Origin: a bacterium
Lineage (GTDB): Bacteria; Patescibacteriota; Dojkabacteria; SC72
DNA length: 64,000 nucleotides
Assembly (NCBI GenBank): GCA_022840695.1
Contig: JALHDC010000002.1
Span: 91,374 to 155,373, forward strand
Reading direction: 5' to 3'
Shown here piece by piece: positions 49,203 through 57,999 of this stretch. The notes beneath the pieces were generated by a model that worked only from the letters and a program-made list of their open reading frames with translations, was not told the DNA's origin and did not search any database. The position numbers were made by a program, and so were the translations under genes. Numbering within the stretch: position 1 is the stretch's first letter; each line of letters starts with the position of its first letter.

Positions 49203-49898
49203 ATGACTGATCTACACAATATCCAAATGTTAATACTTAGAGAACTCCTCTTCACACCAAACTCCAGATTCTCTGATTTAAATATACAAGGATTAAGTAG
49301 TGATCATTTTTCATACCATATTAAAACATTAATAGAACAGGAATATGTACAAAAGGATAGTTCTAGATACTCATTAACTGTAAAGGGAAAGGAATTTGCA
49401 AACCGTATGGATACTGATGAAGCAAGTATTGAGAAGCAACCTAAAGTAGCAGTAATGATTGTAGCTACTAAGACAGAAGGAAAAAAGAAATATCTATTAA
49501 TACAAGAAAGAACTAAAGAACCATATTTTGGATATAGTGGATTTATAACAGGAAAGATTAGATATGGAGAGAAGGTTATAGAGACTGCAAAAAGAGAACT
49601 TAAAGAAGAGAGTGGGTTAGAGTGTGAGAATATACATATTAAAAGGTTAGTACATGATCATGTTGTATTAAAAGATACAGGAGAGTTAGTAGAGGATAAG
49701 ATGTTCTACATTGTACATATGATTAATCCAACAGGAGAGTTAATAAATACTCCAAATGGAAAGAATATATGGATAACGGAGAGTCAGTTTAAGAAACTTA
49801 AAAAGAAATATTACAATGAAGAAAATATGTATGAGATATCACAGATGAAAGGGGATATGGATCTAGTAGAGAGTACATATATTATTGAGGAGTTTTAG
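49203..49898 (+). CDS. winged-helix (HTH) - Nudix hydrolase fusion protein
   Basis: 231 aa. N-terminal wHTH-like segment. Nudix box GKIRYGEKVIETAKRELKEESGLE. Confidence 0.7.
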   Translation: MTDLHNIQMLILRELLFTPNSRFSDLNIQGLSSDHFSYHIKTLIEQEYVQKDSSRYSLTVKGKEFANRMDTDEASIEKQPKVAVMIVATKTEGKKKYLLIQERTKEPYFGYSGFITGKIRYGEKVIETAKRELKEESGLECENIHIKRLVHDHVVLKDTGELVEDKMFYIVHMINPTGELINTPNGKNIWITESQFKKLKKKYYNEENMYEISQMKGDMDLVESTYIIEEF

Positions 49899-50891
49899 TT
49901 AGTGAATTAATTTCTCAACTAACCCTTCTAAACCTTTTGAATAAAAATCTAACATACTTATCTCATTATCTAAAAAGCAATCAACCCTTGTACTATTGTT
50001 TACATAATGTTCTGTCGCTATCCATAAGGAATGAACTTTCTTTAAAAAGTAAACCTTGAAACCGTCCATTAATTCCTCCTTAGAAATATCATATACATTT
50101 CTATACGAATCTAGAAATACCTTAGCATTAGATCTGCACTCATCATCATATCCCAAATTTAAACATGTTAGATCCAAAGCCCTAACTAACTCATATGATC
50201 TAGGAGCTATAGTTGTATTATCCAAATCAAAAACATATTTGATTTCATCTACATCATTATCAAAGAAAACATTCTTCTCATGATAATCTCCATGTATTAG
50301 ATGATCATTCTTTATATTAAAGTCTTCAAATCTTAAATCATTTTCCTTAGCCATATTAATCTTCTTTTCTAGGTATATTGCAAATTTCATATCTATATCA
50401 CTCTTCTCCTTCATATTTTGAATCTGAAGCAATATCCTTTCTGCTTCCTTTACAAACTCCTCCATATCCCAGTATTTTTTACTTCTAAAAACAGTAGAGG
50501 GATAACCATCCTTACTCACTAGATGTATTCTTCCTAAGATATTTCCTAAAGAAGATATAGCTTGATTAGAAAGATTCTCTCTTCTTAACATACGACCATA
50601 TACAAAAGGATATAGAGTGTAGTATTTTTCTTTAAATGTAAATACCTTACTCCCATCTTTACACTCATATGGCATAACTATTGGAATATCTTTCTTAAAG
50701 AATATATCCTCAACCTTATGTATATTATCAATCCTTTCTATATCATCAAACCCATACTGCTTAAGAAAGTATTTCTTTCCATCATCTATTAATATACTAT
50801 TAACACTAATATATCCCTCTTTTACATCTTCCAACAATCTTAATTCACCCTTTAAATCATATATCTTCTTTAATTGTTGTATAACTTCCAT
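49899..50891 (-). CDS. APH/ChoK-family phosphotransferase (aminoglycoside/macrolide phosphotransferase-like kinase)
   Basis: 330 aa. Catalytic loop HGDYHEKNVFFD, Mg-binding VFDLDNT, beta3 Lys region YFLKQY. Confidence 0.7.
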   Translation of the reverse strand: MEVIQQLKKIYDLKGELRLLEDVKEGYISVNSILIDDGKKYFLKQYGFDDIERIDNIHKVEDIFFKKDIPIVMPYECKDGSKVFTFKEKYYTLYPFVYGRMLRRENLSNQAISSLGNILGRIHLVSKDGYPSTVFRSKKYWDMEEFVKEAERILLQIQNMKEKSDIDMKFAIYLEKKINMAKENDLRFEDFNIKNDHLIHGDYHEKNVFFDNDVDEIKYVFDLDNTTIAPRSYELVRALDLTCLNLGYDDECRSNAKVFLDSYRNVYDISKEELMDGFKVYFLKKVHSLWIATEHYVNNSTRVDCFLDNEISMLDFYSKGLEGLVEKLIH

Positions 50892-50913
50892 ATTTAGAAA
50901 TACTGTATTAAAT

Positions 50914-51195
50914 ATGTTATTCTATACAAATATTAAGATTAAGACCAGAGAACAGGGTATGCCTAGACCACAAAAATTCAAACCAGGAGTATATAAACAT
51001 TTTAAGGGTGAACTATTCCTTGCACTATTCTTAGCAAAACATAGTGAGACAGAAGAAGATATGGTTATATATGTAGGACTATATGACAAAACAAAAGGAC
51101 AGATATGGGCTAGACCTGTAGATATGTTTATGGGCTACAAAGAGTTTGAAGACGGTACTAAGGTAAAGAGATTTGAATTTATTAGGGAGAGATAA
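50914..51195 (+). CDS. DUF1653-like protein
   Basis: 93 aa. YKHFKGELF...VIYVGLYD...WARPVDMF pattern. Confidence 0.5.
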   Translation: MLFYTNIKIKTREQGMPRPQKFKPGVYKHFKGELFLALFLAKHSETEEDMVIYVGLYDKTKGQIWARPVDMFMGYKEFEDGTKVKRFEFIRER

Positions 51196-51461
51196 TGACA
51201 ACGAAGGAAAAATACAAAGCACTAAAGAACGGAAAATGGCAAAACAAATATTTCTGTAAATTAGCATTACTAGATCATTTAAGAGAATGCCTGGAAAAAG
51301 ATAATTATCTTAAAGCTACAGACACACCTAAAAGTGATTTGGGATATGAAAACTTGGAAAAAGAGCTCATGGATTTAAAAATCATTCTTGATTTGTATTT
51401 CAATGATTCGACTTTGCACGAAAAAAGATTAGACAAATTCATAGAAAATTTGGAAAAATAA
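51195..51461 (+). CDS. hypothetical protein
   Basis: 88 aa ORF whose start overlaps the preceding stop. Confidence 0.4.
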   Translation: MTTKEKYKALKNGKWQNKYFCKLALLDHLRECLEKDNYLKATDTPKSDLGYENLEKELMDLKIILDLYFNDSTLHEKRLDKFIENLEK

Positions 51462-51494
51462 AATCTCTCCGAACCTTCTTTTTACCCCCTTTTT

Positions 51495-53411
51495 GTGCTA
51501 AAATTACACCCTCTTATGCCAAATTCCCATATTGAGAAACAAAACTTAAGAAATCTTGCTATTATCGCGCATGTAGACCATGGCAAAACTACCCTTGTAG
51601 ATGCATTCATGAAGCAAACTCATATGTTTAGAGAAAATGAAGAAGAAATGAATCAAACTAGAATACTGGATGTAGGGGAATTAGAAAAGGAGAAAGGTAT
51701 AACCATAAATGCAAAGAACATATCCATTAAGTATAAGGATGTAAAAATAAATATCATAGATACACCAGGACATGCAGACTTTGGAGGAGAAGTAGAAAGA
51801 ACATTAAATATGGCAGATAGCTGTCTTCTTTTGGTGGATGCAAAAGAAGGTACAATGCCACAAACTAAATTTGTACTTAAAAAAGCATTAGAATTAGGAT
51901 TAAAACCAGTAGTACTGGTAAATAAGGTGGACAAGAAACTAGCTAATGTACAAAAAACAATATCTAAAATACAAGACCTCTTTCTTAATTTAGCAACTAA
52001 TGAAGAGCAATTAGATTTTAAAATATTCTACGGTATAGCTAGAGAAGGAAAAATATGGGAAACATTACCCCAAGGAGATTTAACCATACCAAATAGTACA
52101 ACAGGAGATCTCACACCAATACTAGATGAAATTGTAAACAATCTACCTAGTCCAAAAGGAGATGAGAACAAACCATTCCAAATGCAAATTACATCTGTTG
52201 AGTACAATGAGCACTTAGGAAGATATTTAATTGGAAAAATATCAAACGGGAAAATATCCGTAAATGATCCTGTAATACTTGTTTCAAATAAAGAAGATTT
52301 TGAAAAGAAACAGGGTAGAGTTAGAGAGATATTTGTGAAAGAGGGTATGAGTTGGGAAAAGGTTGAAAGTGCATCTACTGGTGAAATAATTGCATTAACA
52401 GGAATTGATTCTACAGATATTGGTGCGACACTTTGTAGCTTAGATAATCCTCAACCATTACCAGAAATTAAAATGACTCCACCATCTGTGAGAGTTAAAT
52501 TTTCTGCTAATACATCTCCTTTTGTAGGAAAAGAGGGGAAATTTGTAACTGCAAAACAGCTAGGACAAAGGTTAGAACAGGAGAAGAATTTAAATATTAG
52601 TTTGAATATAACTAATGTAGGAAGTAACAGCTATTTTGTAGCTGGTAGGGGAGAATTGCAATTGGCAATATTAGTAGAACAGCTAAGAAGAGAAGGGTAT
52701 GAATTTGAATTGAGTAAACCAGAGGTAATACTACAAGAGATAGATGGGGTAAAGTGTGAACCTATGGAAGAATTAAGTATTAATGCTCCAGAAATGTACT
52801 TTAGTACAATAACCCAAGAAGTTAATGAAAGGGGAGGAAAATTAATAGATATTGAGAATAATGAAGGAGAAAACACATATACATTTAATATACTAACTAG
52901 AAATCTAATAGGATTACATAGAGTATTAATGACAGCTACCAAAGGTACTGCCGTTATTAATAGCTATATTGTTGACTATGTACCACATCAAGAAGGTAAT
53001 GAGTTATTTAGAAAAGGAGCTATTATATCCACTGAGACAGGAACAGCATTAGCATATGCATTGATGACAGTACAAGAGAGAGGGAAATTATTCATAGAGG
53101 GTTCTACAGAGGTATATGAAGGAATGATTATTGGTATAAATAATCATGAGAATGATCTTGAGGTTAATCCATGTAAGGCAAGACATAAGACAAATGTAAG
53201 AATGTCTCATGCAGAAGTAACAGAGATAGCACTTAAAGCACCTATACAATTAACCATAGAGTATGCTCTTTCTTTTATAAATAATGATGAATTAATAGAG
53301 GTCACACCTAAGAACATAAGGTTAAGAAAGAAACTTTTAACTGATACACAGAGAACTTGGGCAAAAAGAAAGAACTTAACTGCATATGCAAAAGAGCATT
53401 TGGAAGGATAA
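51495..53411 (+). CDS. typA: translational GTPase TypA/BipA
   Basis: 638 aa. G1 AIIAHVDHGKTTLVD and EF-G-like domains. Confidence 0.9.
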   Translation: MLKLHPLMPNSHIEKQNLRNLAIIAHVDHGKTTLVDAFMKQTHMFRENEEEMNQTRILDVGELEKEKGITINAKNISIKYKDVKINIIDTPGHADFGGEVERTLNMADSCLLLVDAKEGTMPQTKFVLKKALELGLKPVVLVNKVDKKLANVQKTISKIQDLFLNLATNEEQLDFKIFYGIAREGKIWETLPQGDLTIPNSTTGDLTPILDEIVNNLPSPKGDENKPFQMQITSVEYNEHLGRYLIGKISNGKISVNDPVILVSNKEDFEKKQGRVREIFVKEGMSWEKVESASTGEIIALTGIDSTDIGATLCSLDNPQPLPEIKMTPPSVRVKFSANTSPFVGKEGKFVTAKQLGQRLEQEKNLNISLNITNVGSNSYFVAGRGELQLAILVEQLRREGYEFELSKPEVILQEIDGVKCEPMEELSINAPEMYFSTITQEVNERGGKLIDIENNEGENTYTFNILTRNLIGLHRVLMTATKGTAVINSYIVDYVPHQEGNELFRKGAIISTETGTALAYALMTVQERGKLFIEGSTEVYEGMIIGINNHENDLEVNPCKARHKTNVRMSHAEVTEIALKAPIQLTIEYALSFINNDELIEVTPKNIRLRKKLLTDTQRTWAKRKNLTAYAKEHLEG

Positions 53412-53413
53412 TA

Positions 53414-53710
53414 TTACTTCTTCCTTTTTACAAACCTTATTTCAAGATCTCTATCTAAAGCATTAGCTATTTGGACTAATTTAGAAATAGACACATTTCT
53501 ATTCCCTGTTTCAATCTTACTAATCGTGCTACGTGGTATACCTGATTTAATAGACAAAGTATCTTGAGAATATCCATACTTCTCTCTAAGCTCTTTCATT
53601 TCCCTTAGGGCTATTCTTTGATTTGCTACTCTTTCTATTTCCTTAACATCTTCAGATGTAAAGTTCTTTTTTATATATTCTTCTATTGTTATTAAATTTT
53701 TCTTTTTCAT
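53414..53710 (-). CDS. higA: HTH XRE-family antitoxin (HigA-like)
   Basis: 98 aa Cro/C1-type HTH. Immediately downstream of the HigB-like toxin. Confidence 0.75.
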   Translation of the reverse strand: MKKKNLITIEEYIKKNFTSEDVKEIERVANQRIALREMKELREKYGYSQDTLSIKSGIPRSTISKIETGNRNVSISKLVQIANALDRDLEIRFVKRKK

Positions 53711-53716
53711 ATTTTT

Positions 53717-54040
53717 CTATATTAATCTATTTTTTCTCTTTAATGCCTTTTCTATCTCTCTCAAAGGTGTTTTCTGTGTCTTCTTTCTAAATGCAGTAAG
53801 AATAACGATGTCTTGCCCTAAGTAAGAATACATACATCTATATATCCCGTCATCCTTTACCCTCATCTCGTATAAATCGTAGCCCACAATCTTTCTTCCT
53901 TCTGGATATTTCAACGTTCCATATTTTCTCAACTCTAGGATCAAAGATACAAATTCCTTTCTAACACTCTTCTCAAAAAGAGCTAGCTCTTTTTCTGCAC
54001 TGGATTCTATATATACTTCTTTTCTAAATAATTGTGTCAT
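53717..54040 (-). CDS. higB: RelE/ParE-superfamily toxin, Gp49/HigB-like
   Basis: 107 aa. C-terminus FRKKTQKTPLREIEKALKR matches the Gp49-like toxin signature. Confidence 0.75.
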   Translation of the reverse strand: MTQLFRKEVYIESSAEKELALFEKSVRKEFVSLILELRKYGTLKYPEGRKIVGYDLYEMRVKDDGIYRCMYSYLGQDIVILTAFRKKTQKTPLREIEKALKRKNRLI

Positions 54041-54128
54041 ATATGGAACCTTGTGTCAATTTATTTTCATATATTTTAGTAATAAGTTATTAAATCTAGA
54101 TTAAATTAATATCTGATATACTATTTAT

Positions 54129-54662
54129 ATGGAATATATATTCCTTCCTGGGAATAGTGCAAAAAACAGAGTGTGGATTGACTCATTAGCAAATCAATTT
54201 AACAAAGATTCAAAAGAAATTATTCATTATTCACATTGGGAAAGTGGAGAAGAGGATATAAACTTTGAGTTGGAGTTAAATAAACTAAGAGAGCTAAATA
54301 TCAAAGATTATTGTATAGCAGTATGTAAAAGTGCTGGATCCTATCTTTCATACATAGCTAATAAAGAAAATGTTTTAAATATCAGAAAATACATATTTAT
54401 TGGATTTCCATATAGTTGGCTTAAAATGAGAAGTATTGATCCAGTTGAAATGTTAAAGGAAATTGATCAAGAAATATTAATAATTCAAAAAAGGGAAGAT
54501 CCAGCAATAACTTTTGAGAAGTTGAAAATTATTATGGAGAAAAATGGTATTAATGCAAAAATGATTGAATATACAAGAGAAGGAGAACCTCTAAATAATC
54601 ATAGTTATGAAGATATAGAATATCTTAAGGAAATAATATATTCATTTGTTAGTATTTCCTAA
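54129..54662 (+). CDS. small alpha/beta-hydrolase-fold protein (RBBP9/YdeN-like serine hydrolase)
   Basis: 177 aa. Candidate nucleophile elbow CKSAGS. Size and layout fit the YdeN family. Confidence 0.45.
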   Translation: MEYIFLPGNSAKNRVWIDSLANQFNKDSKEIIHYSHWESGEEDINFELELNKLRELNIKDYCIAVCKSAGSYLSYIANKENVLNIRKYIFIGFPYSWLKMRSIDPVEMLKEIDQEILIIQKREDPAITFEKLKIIMEKNGINAKMIEYTREGEPLNNHSYEDIEYLKEIIYSFVSIS

Positions 54663-56455
54663 CCAACCTGTTTATTATACATCTGGGCATATAAACCATT
54701 CTGCTTAAGCAGAGTCGTGTGATCTCCATCCTCCGCTATCCTTCCATCATCAATTACTAATATCCTTCCAGCCTTCCTTACAGTTGCAAACCTATGAGAG
54801 ACAATTACTGTTGTTCTGTTTTGAGCATTCTTTCTAATATTTTCAAAAATCTTCTCTTCTGAAATACTATCAACTCCACTAGTAGGCTCATCTAATATCA
54901 ATAACTTAGCATTTCTAAAAAATGCTCTCGCTATTGCTAACTTCTGCCACTGACCACCAGAGAGCTGTATGCCATCCTTTACTTCCCGACTCAAAAAAGT
55001 ACTATACTTTTCAGGAAGCTCCATTATAGTATCATGAATATCCGCTTTTTTAGCAGCCTCTTTAATCTCACCATCCATATTTTTTGATACATCACCGATG
55101 TATATATTATCCTGTACAGTTATACTTAATTGATTAAATGACTGCGAAAGAATCCCTATCAATTTATAGTACGAATCAATATCTAGTTCCTTAATATTAG
55201 TTCCATCTACAAAAATATCTCCCTTTTGAGGGTCATATATACGAAGAAGAAGCTTAATCATAGTACTCTTTCCTGCTCCGTTCTTCCCAACTATTGCAAT
55301 ATCTTCATCCTTATCAACTTTAAAACTTACATCCTTTAATATCCATTTCTTAGTCTTTGGATACCTAAACCAAACATTTTTGAATTCAATGGATAATCCT
55401 GTTTTTATATTGTCTAACTTCTTTTCTCCACTCACTATACTGTTTTCCCAATTTAATACATTGTAAAAAGTTACGAAAAACTTCTTATTTCCCAGCACAG
55501 AAGATATCTTATACAAAATTTCTGACACATCCCCATTAAACCTTTGGTATGCAGCAATAATAAAAGTAAGCATACCAATAGTCATATTACCTTCAAAAAC
55601 CATCTGAATTGAAAATATTAAGACAAAGATATTCACAATATTGGATACGAAATTCGCAACAGTAGACCAAGAATATCGACTAATATAGTTCTTCCTAAAT
55701 TTTTCTATGAATCTTTCATTAATTTTTTTAGCCATATCTAGTAGGTATTTACCATACTTAAAAACATAAACCTCTTGTAATTTTTCAAAATTACTTTCCC
55801 AAAGGGTACTTCTATAACTTGAGTATTTTATTTTTTCCTCTCCTCTATCACTCCAAATTCCCCAAACTTTTCTACCAAATTTGGCAATTATTATTGCACT
55901 CGGGATCGTTGCTATTACAGCAAGCAAGGAGAGTAGGGGCATTTGAGCATAAATCGCAAGAAAAGATATTACAACAACAGGAAAGGTAGAAACTACTTCT
56001 AATGATTGAAAAAAGTTATTAATAACTGTATGTGAATTCCAATTTAAAATACCTTTTTCATTAACAAAATCTGGATCTTCATAAGCCTTTGGTTCGACTT
56101 GTATATATTTTTTTAGATATACATCATCATCTAAGTATGAGATCCATAAATCTATCATTGAATCTACATATTGGAATACATTATTAACTAAGGTCCAAAC
56201 CAGAGCTACCATCCCAAAGATTATAATTAAAGGAATCACATCTCTAAACTCTCCGTTATTATTTATGGAATATATACTACTATCTATGACTCTTCCCAGA
56301 AGATAACTTATTAACAACGGATAGAGTTTACTAATAGCTTGCAACACTAAATACCATCTAATTTGCCAAACAAACTTAGTATTCTTGTAATACTTCTCGT
56401 AGACGAAAAACAGCAATTTAATTATCCCTTCCTCTTTTAGTTTCTTCATAACCAC
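54659..56455 (-). CDS. ABC exporter, fused permease and ATP-binding domains
   Basis: 598 aa. Six TM helices, Walker A GKNGAGKST, signature LSGGQWQKLAIAR, Walker B LILDEPTSG. Confidence 0.85.
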   Translation of the reverse strand: MVMKKLKEEGIIKLLFFVYEKYYKNTKFVWQIRWYLVLQAISKLYPLLISYLLGRVIDSSIYSINNNGEFRDVIPLIIIFGMVALVWTLVNNVFQYVDSMIDLWISYLDDDVYLKKYIQVEPKAYEDPDFVNEKGILNWNSHTVINNFFQSLEVVSTFPVVVISFLAIYAQMPLLSLLAVIATIPSAIIIAKFGRKVWGIWSDRGEEKIKYSSYRSTLWESNFEKLQEVYVFKYGKYLLDMAKKINERFIEKFRKNYISRYSWSTVANFVSNIVNIFVLIFSIQMVFEGNMTIGMLTFIIAAYQRFNGDVSEILYKISSVLGNKKFFVTFYNVLNWENSIVSGEKKLDNIKTGLSIEFKNVWFRYPKTKKWILKDVSFKVDKDEDIAIVGKNGAGKSTMIKLLLRIYDPQKGDIFVDGTNIKELDIDSYYKLIGILSQSFNQLSITVQDNIYIGDVSKNMDGEIKEAAKKADIHDTIMELPEKYSTFLSREVKDGIQLSGGQWQKLAIARAFFRNAKLLILDEPTSGVDSISEEKIFENIRKNAQNRTTVIVSHRFATVRKAGRILVIDDGRIAEDGDHTTLLKQNGLYAQMYNKQVG

Positions 56456-56483
56456 CCATTATATATTCACATTGACAACTTTG

Positions 56484-57428
56484 CTACAACATTATTACTT
56501 TTTGTATCTCCTCAAAACTATCACATTTCATTAACTCTTTTCTCAATTCATTAGCACCATCAAAATTACATATATATGCTTTAATATATTTTTTTTGACT
56601 ATTAAATGGTTTTTTCCCTCTCCATACTTTTTCAAATATTTCAAAATGCTTAATCAATATATCTATTCTTTCTTCTTTCGATATCTCCTCCCTTCCACTA
56701 AACAACCAAGGATTATTCAAAATACCTCTGCCTACCATAAAACCATCCACTCCATATTTTTTTACATACTCTTTTCCTTGTTCCAAATTTTTTACATCAC
56801 CATTACCAATAATTAAAGTATCTGGAGATATCTCGTCCCTTAATGTCGCACACTCTGCAATCTTTTCCCAATTTGATGGAGTAGAGTAGCCATCTTTAGA
56901 AATTCTCCCATGAATTGTAATTAGGTCTAACTTTAGTTCAAGTAAGAACCTAATCCAACCATTTATATCAATATCATCATAACCCAACCTTGTTTTAACA
57001 CTCACAGGTATCCTTCCAGCTTCACCTCGGACAGTATCTAAAATCCTTTTAACCAATTCTCTATCTTTTATTAATGCGGAACCTCGGCCACCAGACAACA
57101 CATCTCTAACAGAACATCCAATATTTATATCAATACCTGCTGGTCTAAGTTTCTTTACATACCTGACTGTCTCTGCATAATATTCAGGAATATTCCCCCA
57201 AAGTTGGACGATAACTGGTCTCTCCTTCTTTGAAAGATGTAACCTATGTGAGACCTGCTCTCTACCTTTTGAACAAAACCCTTCTACACTTAAGAACTCT
57301 GTGAAAAATATATCCGGTCTACCTATATTACACAGAACCTGCCTAAAACTAGAATCCGTAATACCTTCCATTGGTGCTAAAGCAGTAATATATCCTTTTT
57401 TCTTTTTTAATCTTTTATAAGAATTCAT
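56484..57428 (-). CDS. dus: tRNA-dihydrouridine synthase
   Basis: 314 aa TIM barrel. LAPMEGITD, INIGCS and VKTRLGYDD motifs. Confidence 0.85.
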   Translation of the reverse strand: MNSYKRLKKKKGYITALAPMEGITDSSFRQVLCNIGRPDIFFTEFLSVEGFCSKGREQVSHRLHLSKKERPVIVQLWGNIPEYYAETVRYVKKLRPAGIDINIGCSVRDVLSGGRGSALIKDRELVKRILDTVRGEAGRIPVSVKTRLGYDDIDINGWIRFLLELKLDLITIHGRISKDGYSTPSNWEKIAECATLRDEISPDTLIIGNGDVKNLEQGKEYVKKYGVDGFMVGRGILNNPWLFSGREEISKEERIDILIKHFEIFEKVWRGKKPFNSQKKYIKAYICNFDGANELRKELMKCDSFEEIQKVIML

Positions 57429-57459
57429 GCCTAGATTCTACCATTTTCTCACCACTTCA

Positions 57460-57547
57460 GGGGTCAGGCTAGGGTCAGACCCCAAACCTTCCACTGGATT
57501 ATGGTACCAAAGTTTTGCAGAAAGAGGGACAGAGGAGGGTCAGACCC
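57460..57547 (+). repeat. GC-rich inverted-repeat element, copy 2 (GGGGTCAGGCT, GGGTCAGACCCC ... GGGACAGAGGAGGGTCAGACCC)
   Basis: 22-mer at 57526-57547 is 21/22 identical to 17611-17632. The near-palindrome GGGTCnGACCC occurs twice. Confidence 0.6.
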
Positions 57548-57600
57548 TTGCAGATATCTTCGTTTTGAAATAAACTTAAGTAACAATTTAACTGCCCAAA

Positions 57601-57999
57601 ATGAAAACAAAAAATACGCTCGTAGATAGTTCGGGCCAACAATTATTAAACCAAATCAAAATTGATTCATATCCTGCTATAGCCATATATACTTTTCAGG
57701 ATTTTTTGAGATGGTGGTATATAAAAATGCCGGTATGGCATCTTAGAAGGTTTGCTAGGCTAAGTGTTGTACTCGATGACCAATTCTCGATTTCATTATT
57801 GTTGAAAAACTTTTTCTTGCCTTGGCACAGAGATTTTTCAGTAATAGGTATTTTCTTTGGAATACTTATGAAATTACTCTATCTTCCAATAGGGATATCT
57901 ATCTATCTCCTTTGCATTATGTTTTACCTCTTTCTTTTCATTAGCTGGTTAATACTTCCGATTGGTTCATTAGTATTTGTTTTAATATCTTTAATTTGA
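57601..57999 (+). CDS. small polytopic membrane protein, translationally coupled to the downstream Clp-type ATPase
   Basis: 132 aa with 3 predicted TM helices. 4-nt overlap with the next gene. Confidence 0.5.
   Translation: MKTKNTLVDSSGQQLLNQIKIDSYPAIAIYTFQDFLRWWYIKMPVWHLRRFARLSVVLDDQFSISLLLKNFFLPWHRDFSVIGIFFGILMKLLYLPIGISIYLLCIMFYLFLFISWLILPIGSLVFVLISLI

Noticed and set aside
57460-57547. GC-rich element as SRP RNA, RNase P RNA or tmRNA fragment
   Set aside because: None of the conserved motifs of these RNAs is present (SRP domain IV GGAAGCAG, RNase P P4 core, tmRNA tRNA-like end). The similarity is limited to GC richness.
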